Shown here in pieces: positions 26,260-34,568 of a stretch of DNA of 64,000 bases. The stretch covers positions 6,649-70,648 of the forward strand of contig VAWI01000014.1 in the NCBI GenBank assembly GCA_005884005.1. Direction: 5' to 3'. Origin of the DNA: Actinomycetota bacterium (GTDB lineage Bacteria; Actinomycetota; Thermoleophilia; Gaiellales; Gaiellaceae). The notes under the pieces were generated by a model that was not told the origin of the DNA, did no database searches, and saw nothing but the letters and a program-made list of their open reading frames with translations. Both the position numbers and the translations under genes were made by a program. Position 1 is the first letter of the stretch. Every line of letters begins with the position of its first letter.

Positions 26260-26269
26260 TAGCCGCTAA

Positions 26270-26298
26270 CCGCAAAAAATGCTCCGCATTTTTTGCGG
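26270..26298. terminator. perfect 13-bp-stem/3-nt-loop hairpin CCGCAAAAAATGC-TCC-GCATTTTTTGCGG
   Basis: Read from the sequence. It lies 82 nt after the stop of gene 26381-26821 and only 10 nt upstream of the GTG of the WYL regulator. Confidence 0.45.
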
Positions 26299-26380
26299 AG
26301 GATGGGTGGACATCGCTTGGCTCGTAGCCTTGGACACGTCGGCCCGAGCCTACCCGAGACCCGGCGCGACTACGAGCGCG

Positions 26381-26821
26381 TTACGCGGCGACGCGCGAGC
26401 GTGTTTCCAGGTGCTGGTGCGACGGACAGTAGTCGCGGTCGGGCAGCGGGGTGCGCTGGCACGGCTTTCCCTTGCGCGTCGTCGCGCGGCAGCGCGAAAC
26501 GCCGCCGTCGAACGCGCCGGCCTCGATCTGCGACTCGATGAACGCGCACGCCGCCGTGACCCCCTCGCTCACAGCCCAGGCGACCTGCGCCTGCGCGGTG
26601 ATCGGGAAGTAGCGCCGGATGTCCTGGAAGAGGGCGCGCTCGGGCTTGGCGAAGTAGAGAGGATCGGTCGCCAAACGCTCCATCGTCTGCTCGCATGCCT
26701 CGAGCACCTGGCGGCGGTATTCGATGCCGGTCTCGGGATCGACGTACGGATCTACGAGATCCTTGATCGAGCGATAGATCGCCCGCGAGTACTGATACAT
26801 ACAGGCCTGGATCTGCACCAT
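26381..26821 (-). CDS. hypothetical protein with a C-terminal basic Cys/His knuckle
   Basis: I start at ATG 26821 (MVQIQACMYQY), because the codons between the track's TTG 26869 and this ATG are AT-rich and atypical. The C-terminus is CRATTRKGKPCQRTPLPDRDYCPSHQH. Confidence 0.5.
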   Translation of the reverse strand: MVQIQACMYQYSRAIYRSIKDLVDPYVDPETGIEYRRQVLEACEQTMERLATDPLYFAKPERALFQDIRRYFPITAQAQVAWAVSEGVTAACAFIESQIEAGAFDGGVSRCRATTRKGKPCQRTPLPDRDYCPSHQHLETRSRVAA

Positions 26822-27036
26822 TCGTTCGTCGGAAATCAGTATCCCGTCCAGCCTATTAACCCCCGGCAAAGCTTTGTTAAGTACCGATTAATCCTCGCTC
26901 ACCATCTCCGACCGGGAGACAGCTTAAACGGTTCCGGGCCTGTCACAAACTCGGCCTCCAGGTTTTCTTGTGAGAAAACGCGCTAAGACCGGGAGAGGGC
27001 GCTTGCCGCGGCGTGGGTCGCCTCGCCGGCTATCAC

Positions 27037-27765
27037 TCAAGGCGTGATTCGGTGCGGGTATGCGCGCCTGTACCCGCGGGACTGCGCTGTCGTGGCGGCC
27101 GTGTTCGCGTCGTCGAACGAGGTGTACACACCGCTGAAGAGCACGTAGTAACCGGGATGGAGACTTGCGTAGCCCGACGAGTCGATAATGCCGACGTCTT
27201 GGAGGCCGCTGTGTTCAGCTGCACGCGCCTGCGCGAGCGCGAACGAACGGCCGTTCGCGGACGGCAGCGATTCGAGCACGACCGTCCAGCCGGTCTTGCC
27301 GGCGGGCCACGACTTCAGGGCCGCCGCTGGGGTCGTCGTCGTGTTCGGTGGCGCGGGTTGCGTGCCGGTCCCTGTCGACGGGACGGTCGGCGGCGTCACG
27401 GTTGGCTCGGGCGGCGTGATTGTCGAGGGCGGCGCGCCGAAGGGGCTCGTTCCAGTCACATAGCCGGCGCGCTTCTGGTCGTGTGAGACGAAGGCCGCCG
27501 CGCCGATCCCGGCGAGCGCTGCGATCAACAGCGCGAGCAGCGAAGGCCAGACCCAGTCGCCTGGATACCACCCGAGCCGGCGGCGCCAGGCGCGTCCCAG
27601 GCTCGGGACGAGCCCGCTCGCTTCGACCGGCAGTCGGAGACCGCATTCGAGGCAGTACTCCTGGTTCGGCTCATGCGGCGTTCCGCAACGCGGACAGAGC
27701 GGCCGGCCTGCGGCCTGCGGCTCACCGACGGGCGCTTCGCCGTTCCCCGGAGGCGAGGCGCTCAC
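27037..27765 (-). CDS. zinc-ribbon / single-TM / Pro-Thr linker / SPOR-domain protein
   Basis: CPRCGTPHEPNQEYCLECG, the TM helix WVWPSLLALLIAALAGIGAAAF, and a C-terminal roughly 75 aa that looks like a SPOR peptidoglycan-binding domain (WTVVLESLPSANGRSFALAQARAAEH...YYVLFSGVY). Confidence 0.65.
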   Translation of the reverse strand: MSASPPGNGEAPVGEPQAAGRPLCPRCGTPHEPNQEYCLECGLRLPVEASGLVPSLGRAWRRRLGWYPGDWVWPSLLALLIAALAGIGAAAFVSHDQKRAGYVTGTSPFGAPPSTITPPEPTVTPPTVPSTGTGTQPAPPNTTTTPAAALKSWPAGKTGWTVVLESLPSANGRSFALAQARAAEHSGLQDVGIIDSSGYASLHPGYYVLFSGVYTSFDDANTAATTAQSRGYRRAYPHRITP

Positions 27766-27768
27766 CGC

Positions 27769-28419
27769 CTACTCCTCCCAGCGGTCGGGCTTCGGACTTC
27801 CTTCCCCGGCGCCGACCCCTGCCTGCCTGATCACGGTGGCGTCCGCCTCGCGCTCGCCGTCGCCGTTGGCCGGCGCCTCGGCGGCTTTCCCACAACTAGG
27901 ACAGAACCCCGCGTCCGCCGGCAGCGGGTGGTCGCATTGCGTACAGGTGACGACGGCCTGCTCGCCGACGGGGCGCCCGCAGTTCGCGCAGAAGTGGGAG
28001 CCCCAGATGATCGGCGCACCGCAGTCGCAGCGGCTCGCCGTTGTACGGCGTCCTGCCGCGGCCGCGGCGAGCATCGAGTCGAGCTCGTGCAGGCGCGCCT
28101 CGAGGTTCGCGATGTCGCGCGCCTGCTCGCTCAGCAGGTCTTCGCGGAACTGCTCCCGCCGGTACATCTCCATCGCGAGCCCGCCGAGATCCCGGAGTAG
28201 CTCTTCCCGGGCCTTCAGGATCTCCTTCCGCTCCCGCCGCAGCGCCCCTGGAGAGCTCGCTCGACGAATCGGGCCCTGCGGGGCCGCGTCGGAAGGCTCC
28301 TTCTGGCCGCGCTGAAGCCGACGGCGTCCAGGCAGGGGAAATCGCGGCACGGGCGCCGACTTTAGCAAGGTGAGGGGGCGTTTCTCGGGGTCGGGCCTAG
28401 GGCCCTGGAGTCTCGGCAC
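27769..28419 (-). CDS. coiled-coil protein with a C-terminal double zinc ribbon (start uncertain)
   Basis: The coiled coil KEILKAREELLRDLGGLAMEMYRREQFREDLLSEQARDIANLEARLHELD is followed by CDCGAPIIWGSHFCANCG and CTQCDHPLPADAGFCPSCG. There are 4 nt between its stop and the next gene's start. Confidence 0.55.
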   Translation of the reverse strand: MPRLQGPRPDPEKRPLTLLKSAPVPRFPLPGRRRLQRGQKEPSDAAPQGPIRRASSPGALRRERKEILKAREELLRDLGGLAMEMYRREQFREDLLSEQARDIANLEARLHELDSMLAAAAAGRRTTASRCDCGAPIIWGSHFCANCGRPVGEQAVVTCTQCDHPLPADAGFCPSCGKAAEAPANGDGEREADATVIRQAGVGAGEGSPKPDRWEE

Positions 28420-28549
28420 GGCGGGCGAAAAGGGCCAGGAAGGCGATCAGGAGCACGACTCCGACGATTCCCACCACGATGCCTCCCCACGGAAACAGAA
28501 AGAGCCCGACAAGCCCGAGCACGATCAGAACGAGCGCAAGTCCAAGCAT
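28397..28549 (-). CDS. candidate 50-aa two-helix membrane peptide (below the ORF-track size cut-off)
   Basis: My own translation from ATG 28549 gives MLGLALVLIVLGLVGLFLFPWGGIVVGIVGVVLLIAFLALFARRAETPGP, ending at TAG 28397-28399. It is strongly hydrophobic with GC3-rich codons, and a G-rich stretch precedes the ATG. Confidence 0.35.
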   Translation of the reverse strand: MLGLALVLIVLGLVGLFLFPWGGIVVGIVGVVLLIAFLALFARRAETPGP

Positions 28550-28591
28550 GCCGCCGTCATTCCCCGCCCCGCTTGGCCCAAACGTCCGTGC

Positions 28592-30019
28592 CTACACGTT
28601 GATGACGACTAGGCGCTCGTCGGTCAGCGCACGCACCGCGTATGCAGGCCCCTCGCGTGTATTGCCGGAATCCTTGACGCCGCCGTAGGGCATCTGGTCG
28701 GCCCGGAACGTCGGCGCCTCGTTGACGACGACGCCACCGAACTCCAGCTGTTCGGCGGCATGCATCGCGGTCTCGAGCTTGCTCGTGAAGATTCCCGCCT
28801 GGAGGCCGTACCGAGTGCCGTTGGCGAGCTCGATTGCTTCGTCCACCGAACCGACCGAGTTGACGGTGCAGACTGGGCCGAAGACCTCCTCGCAGCTCAC
28901 CTTCAGCTCCGGGCCGGCGTCGGCGATCACCGTCGGGCGGATCAGCTCGCCGTCGGTGTCGCCGCCCGCGAGTACGCGCGCGCCGCTCGCGCGAGCCTCT
29001 TCGATCCAGTCGCGGATCCGCTCGCGCGCGCTTTCGTCGATCACGGGTCCGACGTCGGTCTCCTCGTCGGCGGGGTCGCCGACCCTCAACTCCCCGACCT
29101 TGGGGAGGAACTGCTCGACGAAGCGGTCGTAAGCCGGCGCCTCGACGTAGATCCGCTGGACCGAGATGCAGCTCTGCCCCGCGAAGGAGAACGCGTTCGC
29201 AGCCATGGCCTGCGCGGCGGAGTCGATGTCCGCGTCCGCGGCGACGATCACCGGTGTCGCGTTACCGAGTTCGAGGTTGACGCGCTTCTTCGCAGCGCGC
29301 TCGGCGAGCCGCCAGCCGACCGGACCGGAGCCGGTGAAGGTGATCGCCTTGACGCGCTCGTCCTCGACGAGGACGTCGCCGATCTCCGAAGCCGGCCCGA
29401 CGAGGACGTTGAGCCAGCCGGGTGGCAGCCCGGCTTCGGTTTCGAGCTCGGCGAGTAGCAGCGCAGAAAGAGGGGTCTGGCTCGCGGGCTTGAGCACGAC
29501 CGCGCAGCCCGCGGCGAGCGCCGGCGCGAGCTTGTGGGCGACGAGGTTGAGCGGGAAGTTGAACGGGGAGATCGCGCCCACGACGCCAATCGGCCGCCGC
29601 AGCGTGAACCCGAGCTTGCCCTCGCCGGCCTGCGAGGCGTCCATCGGCACCATCTCGCCGGCGAGCTTGCGGGCCTCGACTGCCGCGAACGTGTAGGTGG
29701 ACATCGCGCGCATCGCCTCTACGCGGGCGGCCTTCATCGGCTTGCCCGCCTCTTCGGAGACCGTCCGCGCGGCCTCGTCGTGACGCTTGCCGAGGTAGCC
29801 CGCGACCCGGACGAGGATCTCGGCGCGCTTGTGAGCCGGCAGCGGCTCGCTCATAGCGGCTTCGGCGGCGTCGATCGCCCGGCGCGCCTCGTTGGCGCCT
29901 GCCTTCGCCACGCGCCCGACGGTCTCGCCCGAATACGGCGAGGCGACGTCGACCCAGTCGCCGGTCTCGACCCACTCGCCGCCTATCAGCAGCTTGCGCT
30001 CCTGGGCAGTCACGGCCAT
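28592..30019 (-). CDS. NAD(P)-dependent aldehyde dehydrogenase
   Basis: ALDH blocks FTGSGPVGW, ELGNATPVIV, FAGQSCISVQR and EEVFGPV. I start at ATG 30019 (MAVTAQERKLLIGGEWV). A TAGACT hexamer ends 7 nt upstream of this ATG. Confidence 0.9.
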   Translation of the reverse strand: MAVTAQERKLLIGGEWVETGDWVDVASPYSGETVGRVAKAGANEARRAIDAAEAAMSEPLPAHKRAEILVRVAGYLGKRHDEAARTVSEEAGKPMKAARVEAMRAMSTYTFAAVEARKLAGEMVPMDASQAGEGKLGFTLRRPIGVVGAISPFNFPLNLVAHKLAPALAAGCAVVLKPASQTPLSALLLAELETEAGLPPGWLNVLVGPASEIGDVLVEDERVKAITFTGSGPVGWRLAERAAKKRVNLELGNATPVIVAADADIDSAAQAMAANAFSFAGQSCISVQRIYVEAPAYDRFVEQFLPKVGELRVGDPADEETDVGPVIDESARERIRDWIEEARASGARVLAGGDTDGELIRPTVIADAGPELKVSCEEVFGPVCTVNSVGSVDEAIELANGTRYGLQAGIFTSKLETAMHAAEQLEFGGVVVNEAPTFRADQMPYGGVKDSGNTREGPAYAVRALTDERLVVINV

Positions 30020-30030
30020 GAGGGCTAGTC

Positions 30031-30196
30031 TAGGAGGGTTTGGCGGAATGGCGCTCGTCACCAGGGTGCGATGCTCGTTCCGTGGGGAGGACGCAGGGAG
30101 CGTCAATAGCCAAAGCTATTGGCCCGACTGAGGACGCTGCCACGGGGCGAGCAGCGCGGCCTGGGGGCACAGACTCCATTTCGCCAAACCCTCCTA
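30031..30196. other. 166-nt imperfect palindrome / candidate structured RNA between divergent genes
   Basis: Hand pairing: 30031-30051 pairs with 30176-30196 (21 bp, one G-T), and 30061-30085 pairs with 30140-30164 (20 WC + 3 G-T + 2 mismatches). The two helices are separated by a 9/11-nt internal loop. The apex carries two small hairpins at 30090-30104 and 30105-30120. Confidence 0.6.
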
Positions 30197-30203
30197 CTTT
30201 GGC

Positions 30204-30584
30204 GTGACCTACTGGCTGCTCGTCCGTGGCCGAGGCGAGAAGCCGCTCGATCGTTACATCGACGCACGGCAAATTCGGACGCAGGGGTCGACGAAGCGGC
30301 CGTCCGTACAGCGGGGCGACCGCGCGATTCTCTACGCGGCCGTGTGGCAGGCGATCTTCGGCGTCTCAGACGTCATCGGCGACCCGGAGAACGACCCGTC
30401 CCGGAGCCGCTGGGCCTGGAGTTATGGGCTTCGCCCCATTGTCGTGGTCGCTGACCTGAACGGCGCACCGCCCGTCGAGGCGGCAGGCATCTTCCCGCAG
30501 AGCCTCTGGCGGCACTCGCACATCCGTCTCACCGAGAAGCAGTTCGAGTCTGCGCGGAAGCTGATCGAGGCCGCGGCGAAGTAG
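30204..30584 (+). CDS. hypothetical protein, EVE/PUA-like by eye
   Basis: GTG start. The N-terminus MTYWLLVRG and the stretch RAILYAAVWQAIFGVSDVIGDP resemble EVE-domain proteins. Weak call. Confidence 0.5.
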   Translation: MTYWLLVRGRGEKPLDRYIDARQIRTQGSTKRPSVQRGDRAILYAAVWQAIFGVSDVIGDPENDPSRSRWAWSYGLRPIVVVADLNGAPPVEAAGIFPQSLWRHSHIRLTEKQFESARKLIEAAAK

Positions 30585-30595
30585 GATCGCGCGCC

Positions 30596-31447
30596 GTGGA
30601 GATTCGGAGAGTCGGAGTCGTCGGCCTTGGGACGATGGGCGCGGGCATCGCGCAGGTGAGCGTCCAGGCCGGCTTCGACACGGTCGGACGCGAGGTGAAC
30701 GACGAGCTCGGCGAGCGCGGAAAGGCGACGATCGACCGCTACCTCACGCGCGGCGTCGAGAAGAGGCGGTTGACCCAGGAGGAGAAAGACGCGGCGATCG
30801 GCCGGCTGACGCTCACGACCGAGCTCGCGGACCTGGCGAACTGCGACCTCGTGATCGAGGCCGTGCTCGAGGAGCTACCGCTCAAGCGCGAGGTCTTCGC
30901 CGAGCTCGATCGGGTCACGCGGCCGGACGCCATCCTCGCCACCAACACTTCCGCACTCTCGGTCGCCGAGATCGCCGAGGCGGCCGACCGGCCGGAGCGG
31001 GTCGTCGGCATGCACTTCTTCAATCCGGCGCCCGTGCTGCCGCTGGTCGAGATCGTGCGCGCGCCCCAGAGCTCGGACGACGCGGTGCGCGCCGCCTACG
31101 ACTGGGCGCAGGGTGCGGGGAAGCAGCCGGTCAACTGCAACGACACACCGGGGTTCATCGTCAACCGGATCCTGATCCCGCTGCTGAACGACTGCGTTCG
31201 TGTTCTCGACGAGGCAGGTGTCGCGCCGGAAGATCTGGACAAGGCGATGACGAACGGCGCCGGCTGGCCACTTGGGCCGTGCGGCCTCGTCGACCTCGTC
31301 GGGATCGATGTTCATATTCACGCCTCCGAGGCGCTGTACGAGAAGCTCGGCGAAGAGCGGATGGCCCCGCCCGAGCGGCTGCTCCAGCTGCAGAAGCAGG
31401 GCCGCCTCGGCCGCAAGACCGGCCACGGCTTCTTCGACTACGAATAG
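30596..31447 (+). CDS. hbd: 3-hydroxybutyryl-CoA / 3-hydroxyacyl-CoA dehydrogenase
   Basis: The Rossmann motif VGVVGLGTMGAGIAQV plus NTSALSV, HFFNPAP and PGFIVNRIL blocks. Confidence 0.9.
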   Translation: MEIRRVGVVGLGTMGAGIAQVSVQAGFDTVGREVNDELGERGKATIDRYLTRGVEKRRLTQEEKDAAIGRLTLTTELADLANCDLVIEAVLEELPLKREVFAELDRVTRPDAILATNTSALSVAEIAEAADRPERVVGMHFFNPAPVLPLVEIVRAPQSSDDAVRAAYDWAQGAGKQPVNCNDTPGFIVNRILIPLLNDCVRVLDEAGVAPEDLDKAMTNGAGWPLGPCGLVDLVGIDVHIHASEALYEKLGEERMAPPERLLQLQKQGRLGRKTGHGFFDYE

Positions 31448-31448
31448 C

Positions 31449-31820
31449 TCAGCCTTCGAAACCCGCGGCGTGGCGCTTGCGCTCGGGCGTCGCGAGCCAG
31501 TCGAGCACGGCCTGGCGGGAGAAGCGCCAATTGCGCCCGAGCTTGCGGCCCGGCAACTCCCCCTTTGCCGCCAGCGAGAGCACCGTCTTCTCGTCCACCT
31601 GCAGCAGCTCGGCGAGCTGCTCGATCGTGAGCACGTCCGGCTCGCGGAGCTGGGACGCGACGCGGCCGACGGCCACGTCCTCGGCGCCCAGGTATCGGTC
31701 GACGAGATCGGCGACGAGCTCTCGTTTCGGCGTCTTGAGCTCGAACGCAGCGCGGCTCAGCTTCTCCGCCGACGCCGTGGGCAGACGAACGAACAGCGGG
31801 GAGGTGGGCTCGCTTCCCAT
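31449..31820 (-). CDS. helix-turn-helix (excisionase/MerR-like) DNA-binding protein
   Basis: The C-terminal LTIEQLAELLQVDEKTVLSLAAKGELPGRKLGRNWRFSRQAVLDWL is a typical excisionase-family HTH. Confidence 0.65.
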   Translation of the reverse strand: MGSEPTSPLFVRLPTASAEKLSRAAFELKTPKRELVADLVDRYLGAEDVAVGRVASQLREPDVLTIEQLAELLQVDEKTVLSLAAKGELPGRKLGRNWRFSRQAVLDWLATPERKRHAAGFEG

Positions 31821-31857
31821 CCGGATATCAGAATATCAAGCTGCTATCGTCGCGCCG

Positions 31858-32880
31858 GTGGCGCGGCGCGCATTTCTTCTCGGCGGCAGCGGCCAGACCG
31901 GACGGGCGCTGATCCCGCGGCTTCAGGAGCGCGGGTGGGACGTCGTCGTCGGCAGCCGCGGCGAGCGCGACATTCCGCCCGGCGTCGAGCACGCCAAGGT
32001 CGATCGTGCCGATACAGCCGCTCTGAAGCAAGTGCTCGGCGACGGCACCGATGTCCTGGTCGACTTCGTCGCCTTCGAGAAAGAGGACGCTGAGCAGCTG
32101 CTCGCCCTGAAGGAGCTCATCAACTCTCTCGTGGTTATCTCGACCGCCTCCGTCTACACCGACGACCAAGGGCGAACATTCGATGAGGCGAAGACGCCCG
32201 AGGAGTTCCCGCGGTTCCCGATTCCGATCAGCGAACGCGTTCAGCCGACCGTCGAGCCCGGAGAAGCGACCTACTCGACCAAGAAGGCGGCGATCGAGCA
32301 GGTTCTCCTGGGACAGGACGCCCTCCCGGCGACCTTGATTCGCGCCGGCGCCATCTACGGTCCGGGCGGGAGCGTGCGGGAGTGGTATTTCGTCAAGCGC
32401 GCGCTGGACGAACGGCGCCACGTGGTTCTGGGCGACCGTGGGCAAAGCCGGTTCCATCCGGTTTCTACCGAGAACCTCGCCGAGCTGATCTGGCTCTCGG
32501 CCGAGCATCCCGGGAGGCGCGTCTTGAACGGCGGCGACCCGGGGCCGCCCACGCTGCTCGAGATCTCGCGTGCGATCGCAGCGGTGCTCGGCCACGGTTG
32601 GACCGAGGTACTGCTGCCGACGCTGGGGGAACCCTGCGAGACCCCGTGGTCGTGCCCAAGGCCGGTCGTGCTCGACATGACCGAGGCTGCCTTCGAGGTG
32701 GGTTATCGCCCGGTCACGACCTACGAGCGATCGGTGCGCGCGACCTGCGAGTGGCTCGTCGAGGCGACCAAGGAGCGGCCGTGGGAAGAACTGATGCCGC
32801 GCATGGCCCAATACATGCAGGACTCCTTCGATTACGCAGCAGAGGACGAGCTCCTGCGCGGCCTGATCAAGGCCGGCTGA
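31858..32880 (+). CDS. NAD-dependent epimerase/dehydratase family protein
   Basis: GTG 31858 gives the start VARRAFLLGGSGQTGRAL, a Rossmann motif. Upstream of this the 533-aa track ORF is antisense to hbd and the HTH gene. Confidence 0.75.
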   Translation: MARRAFLLGGSGQTGRALIPRLQERGWDVVVGSRGERDIPPGVEHAKVDRADTAALKQVLGDGTDVLVDFVAFEKEDAEQLLALKELINSLVVISTASVYTDDQGRTFDEAKTPEEFPRFPIPISERVQPTVEPGEATYSTKKAAIEQVLLGQDALPATLIRAGAIYGPGGSVREWYFVKRALDERRHVVLGDRGQSRFHPVSTENLAELIWLSAEHPGRRVLNGGDPGPPTLLEISRAIAAVLGHGWTEVLLPTLGEPCETPWSCPRPVVLDMTEAAFEVGYRPVTTYERSVRATCEWLVEATKERPWEELMPRMAQYMQDSFDYAAEDELLRGLIKAG

Positions 32881-34477
32881 GCCGGGCCCAGACGTTGTCG
32901 AGCAGCCGCGCCACGACCGGCTCTTCGACGGACGCCGCGAAGTTGAGCGCGCCCGCCGCGAAGACCTTCGCTCCGGCGGCGGTCTCGTAATAGGTCATCT
33001 CGGCGGTCCGGCCGGGCCCCATCAGGTCGGGGATCGAGGCAAGCAGGACCGTTCCGGGCGGGGTGGCCGGCGAACGAATGTCGATCTCGTAGCCGTAGCG
33101 GCCGAAATCGTCACCGGTGGAGAGCCCCGTGCCCGCGAAGACCCAGGGGGCGCCGGTCGTGCCCGCGATGTAGGCGCCCTGGTGGCCGCCATAGTCGCTG
33201 GCCACGTACTGCACGCCGACGACGCTTGCCTCGGGGCGGCCGAGATTCCGCCACTCGCCGACCCGCCGCATCTCGTGCCCGTGAAAGACGACTTTCCAGA
33301 AGAGGTTGTTCGCGGAGAGGAACATCAGGTTTCCGCCCAGGTCGCGGTAGCGCTTGACCAGGTTGTACTCGTGCGCGGTCGTGTACTCCTCGTGACCGGG
33401 AAAGACGATCAGGTCGTAACGCCGCGCGAGGAGGTCGCCGTTCGCGACATGCTCGAGATCGAGGTCCGTGAGGAAGTCCACGTTTCCGCGGGCGCTGAGC
33501 CACCGGATGATCGCGGACTCGAAATCGCGGAACCGAAACGGAATACCGGAGCCGATGTACGGCCGGCTGATGTCGACCCTGCGGAAGGCACCGTTCACGT
33601 ACCAGCTATCGCCCCAGCCGTCGCCGTCAGCGTCGGCGAAGTTGTAGGCCTGCCAGGTGTTGGTCGGGAGAACAACGGCGATCCGGCTCGTGCCGAGGTC
33701 GCGCGGCCGAACGACAAATGGGGCGTAGCCGGCCCAGCCGTCATGGGTCGCCACTCGTACGAAGTAGAGCCCGCTCGGCCAGTCGCCGATCCGGATGCGG
33801 ACGGAACCCGGAGCATTCCGGTGCCCCCTCCAGACGAGCGCCACCGGCGGGGCGATCGGGCTCGCGCCGGTCTTCGGGTCCGGGACCCCTCGACCGTTGC
33901 GGAAGGAGAGGATCTCGACCTCGAGCCGGCGCGCGTCGGTCGCGACCGAAACGATCGCCGTCCGGCCGGGCCTGTACCTCGGCCCAATCGAAACCTCGAT
34001 CCTCTGGATGCGGACGACCGGAGCCAAGACGCGGACGTGGCCGGCAAGCGGGATGTCGTTGTAGATTCGGCGCTGTCCCTGGGCGTCGGAAACCGTCAGT
34101 TCGAGCACGTAGGTGCCCGCCGGAACCGTTCGCTCCGGCGTCCAGACCAAACGGTGGCGGCCGGCGTGGAACGTTTCGCGCGCGGTCGAGATCGTCTGCA
34201 CCGTGTTCTTTCCGTGCCTGACGTTGAGCGTCTGGAGCACATCCAGCTCGACCGTCGCGCTCACGGCGAGCCGGAAGCTGACAATGGCGCGGTCGCGAAA
34301 GCCGTCGTCGTTCGGGCTCACCGTCGTCAGCAGGCGGCGATCCCCTGCGAACGGGCTGGAGCCGTTGCTCACCCGCAGGTCAAGCAACCTGGGAGCGGGC
34401 TCGACGCGAGCCCCCGGGGCCGAGGCCGCCATGAAGGAGAGCGCGAGCAGGACGACGAGCGCGGCCCGAGTTGCCAC
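32867..34477 (-). CDS. secreted protein with Ig-like N-terminal domains and an N,N-dimethylformamidase-large-subunit-like C-terminal domain
   Basis: Signal peptide MATRAALVVLLALSFMAASAPGA. The blocks AVVLPTNTWQAYNF and DLIVFPGHEEYTT resemble that family. Family call made from memory only. Confidence 0.55.
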   Translation of the reverse strand: MATRAALVVLLALSFMAASAPGARVEPAPRLLDLRVSNGSSPFAGDRRLLTTVSPNDDGFRDRAIVSFRLAVSATVELDVLQTLNVRHGKNTVQTISTARETFHAGRHRLVWTPERTVPAGTYVLELTVSDAQGQRRIYNDIPLAGHVRVLAPVVRIQRIEVSIGPRYRPGRTAIVSVATDARRLEVEILSFRNGRGVPDPKTGASPIAPPVALVWRGHRNAPGSVRIRIGDWPSGLYFVRVATHDGWAGYAPFVVRPRDLGTSRIAVVLPTNTWQAYNFADADGDGWGDSWYVNGAFRRVDISRPYIGSGIPFRFRDFESAIIRWLSARGNVDFLTDLDLEHVANGDLLARRYDLIVFPGHEEYTTAHEYNLVKRYRDLGGNLMFLSANNLFWKVVFHGHEMRRVGEWRNLGRPEASVVGVQYVASDYGGHQGAYIAGTTGAPWVFAGTGLSTGDDFGRYGYEIDIRSPATPPGTVLLASIPDLMGPGRTAEMTYYETAAGAKVFAAGALNFAASVEEPVVARLLDNVWARLSRP

Positions 34478-34568
34478 ACGGCAAAGTATCCCTGCATACG
34501 GACGCTAACGGACCCCTTACAATCCCCTCATCGAGGGCACACCTGCGGGATCGATACTTCGCGCGTCG

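Noticed and set aside
26240-26262. TTGTCAGTG, resembling the upstream half of the mycobacterial PafBC-dependent RecA-NDp promoter motif, next to the WYL regulator start.
   Set aside because: It lies inside the first codons of the regulator gene on the opposite strand. It is not followed by a TAnnnT hexamer at the required 8-nt spacing (the sequence there is CACTAG). It would also drive transcription towards no plus-strand gene.
28592-30106. Upstream TTG start (30106) for the aldehyde dehydrogenase, which would place 29 extra codons across the palindromic element.
   Set aside because: ALDH homologues start close to MAVTAQERKLLIGGEWV. The extension is Pro/Arg-rich and would be encoded within the structured 30031-30196 element.
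31449-31820. Excisionase-like HTH gene as a marker of a prophage or integrative element.
   Set aside because: No integrase, tRNA attachment site, direct repeats or phage genes flank it. The neighbours are ordinary metabolic genes with the same composition.
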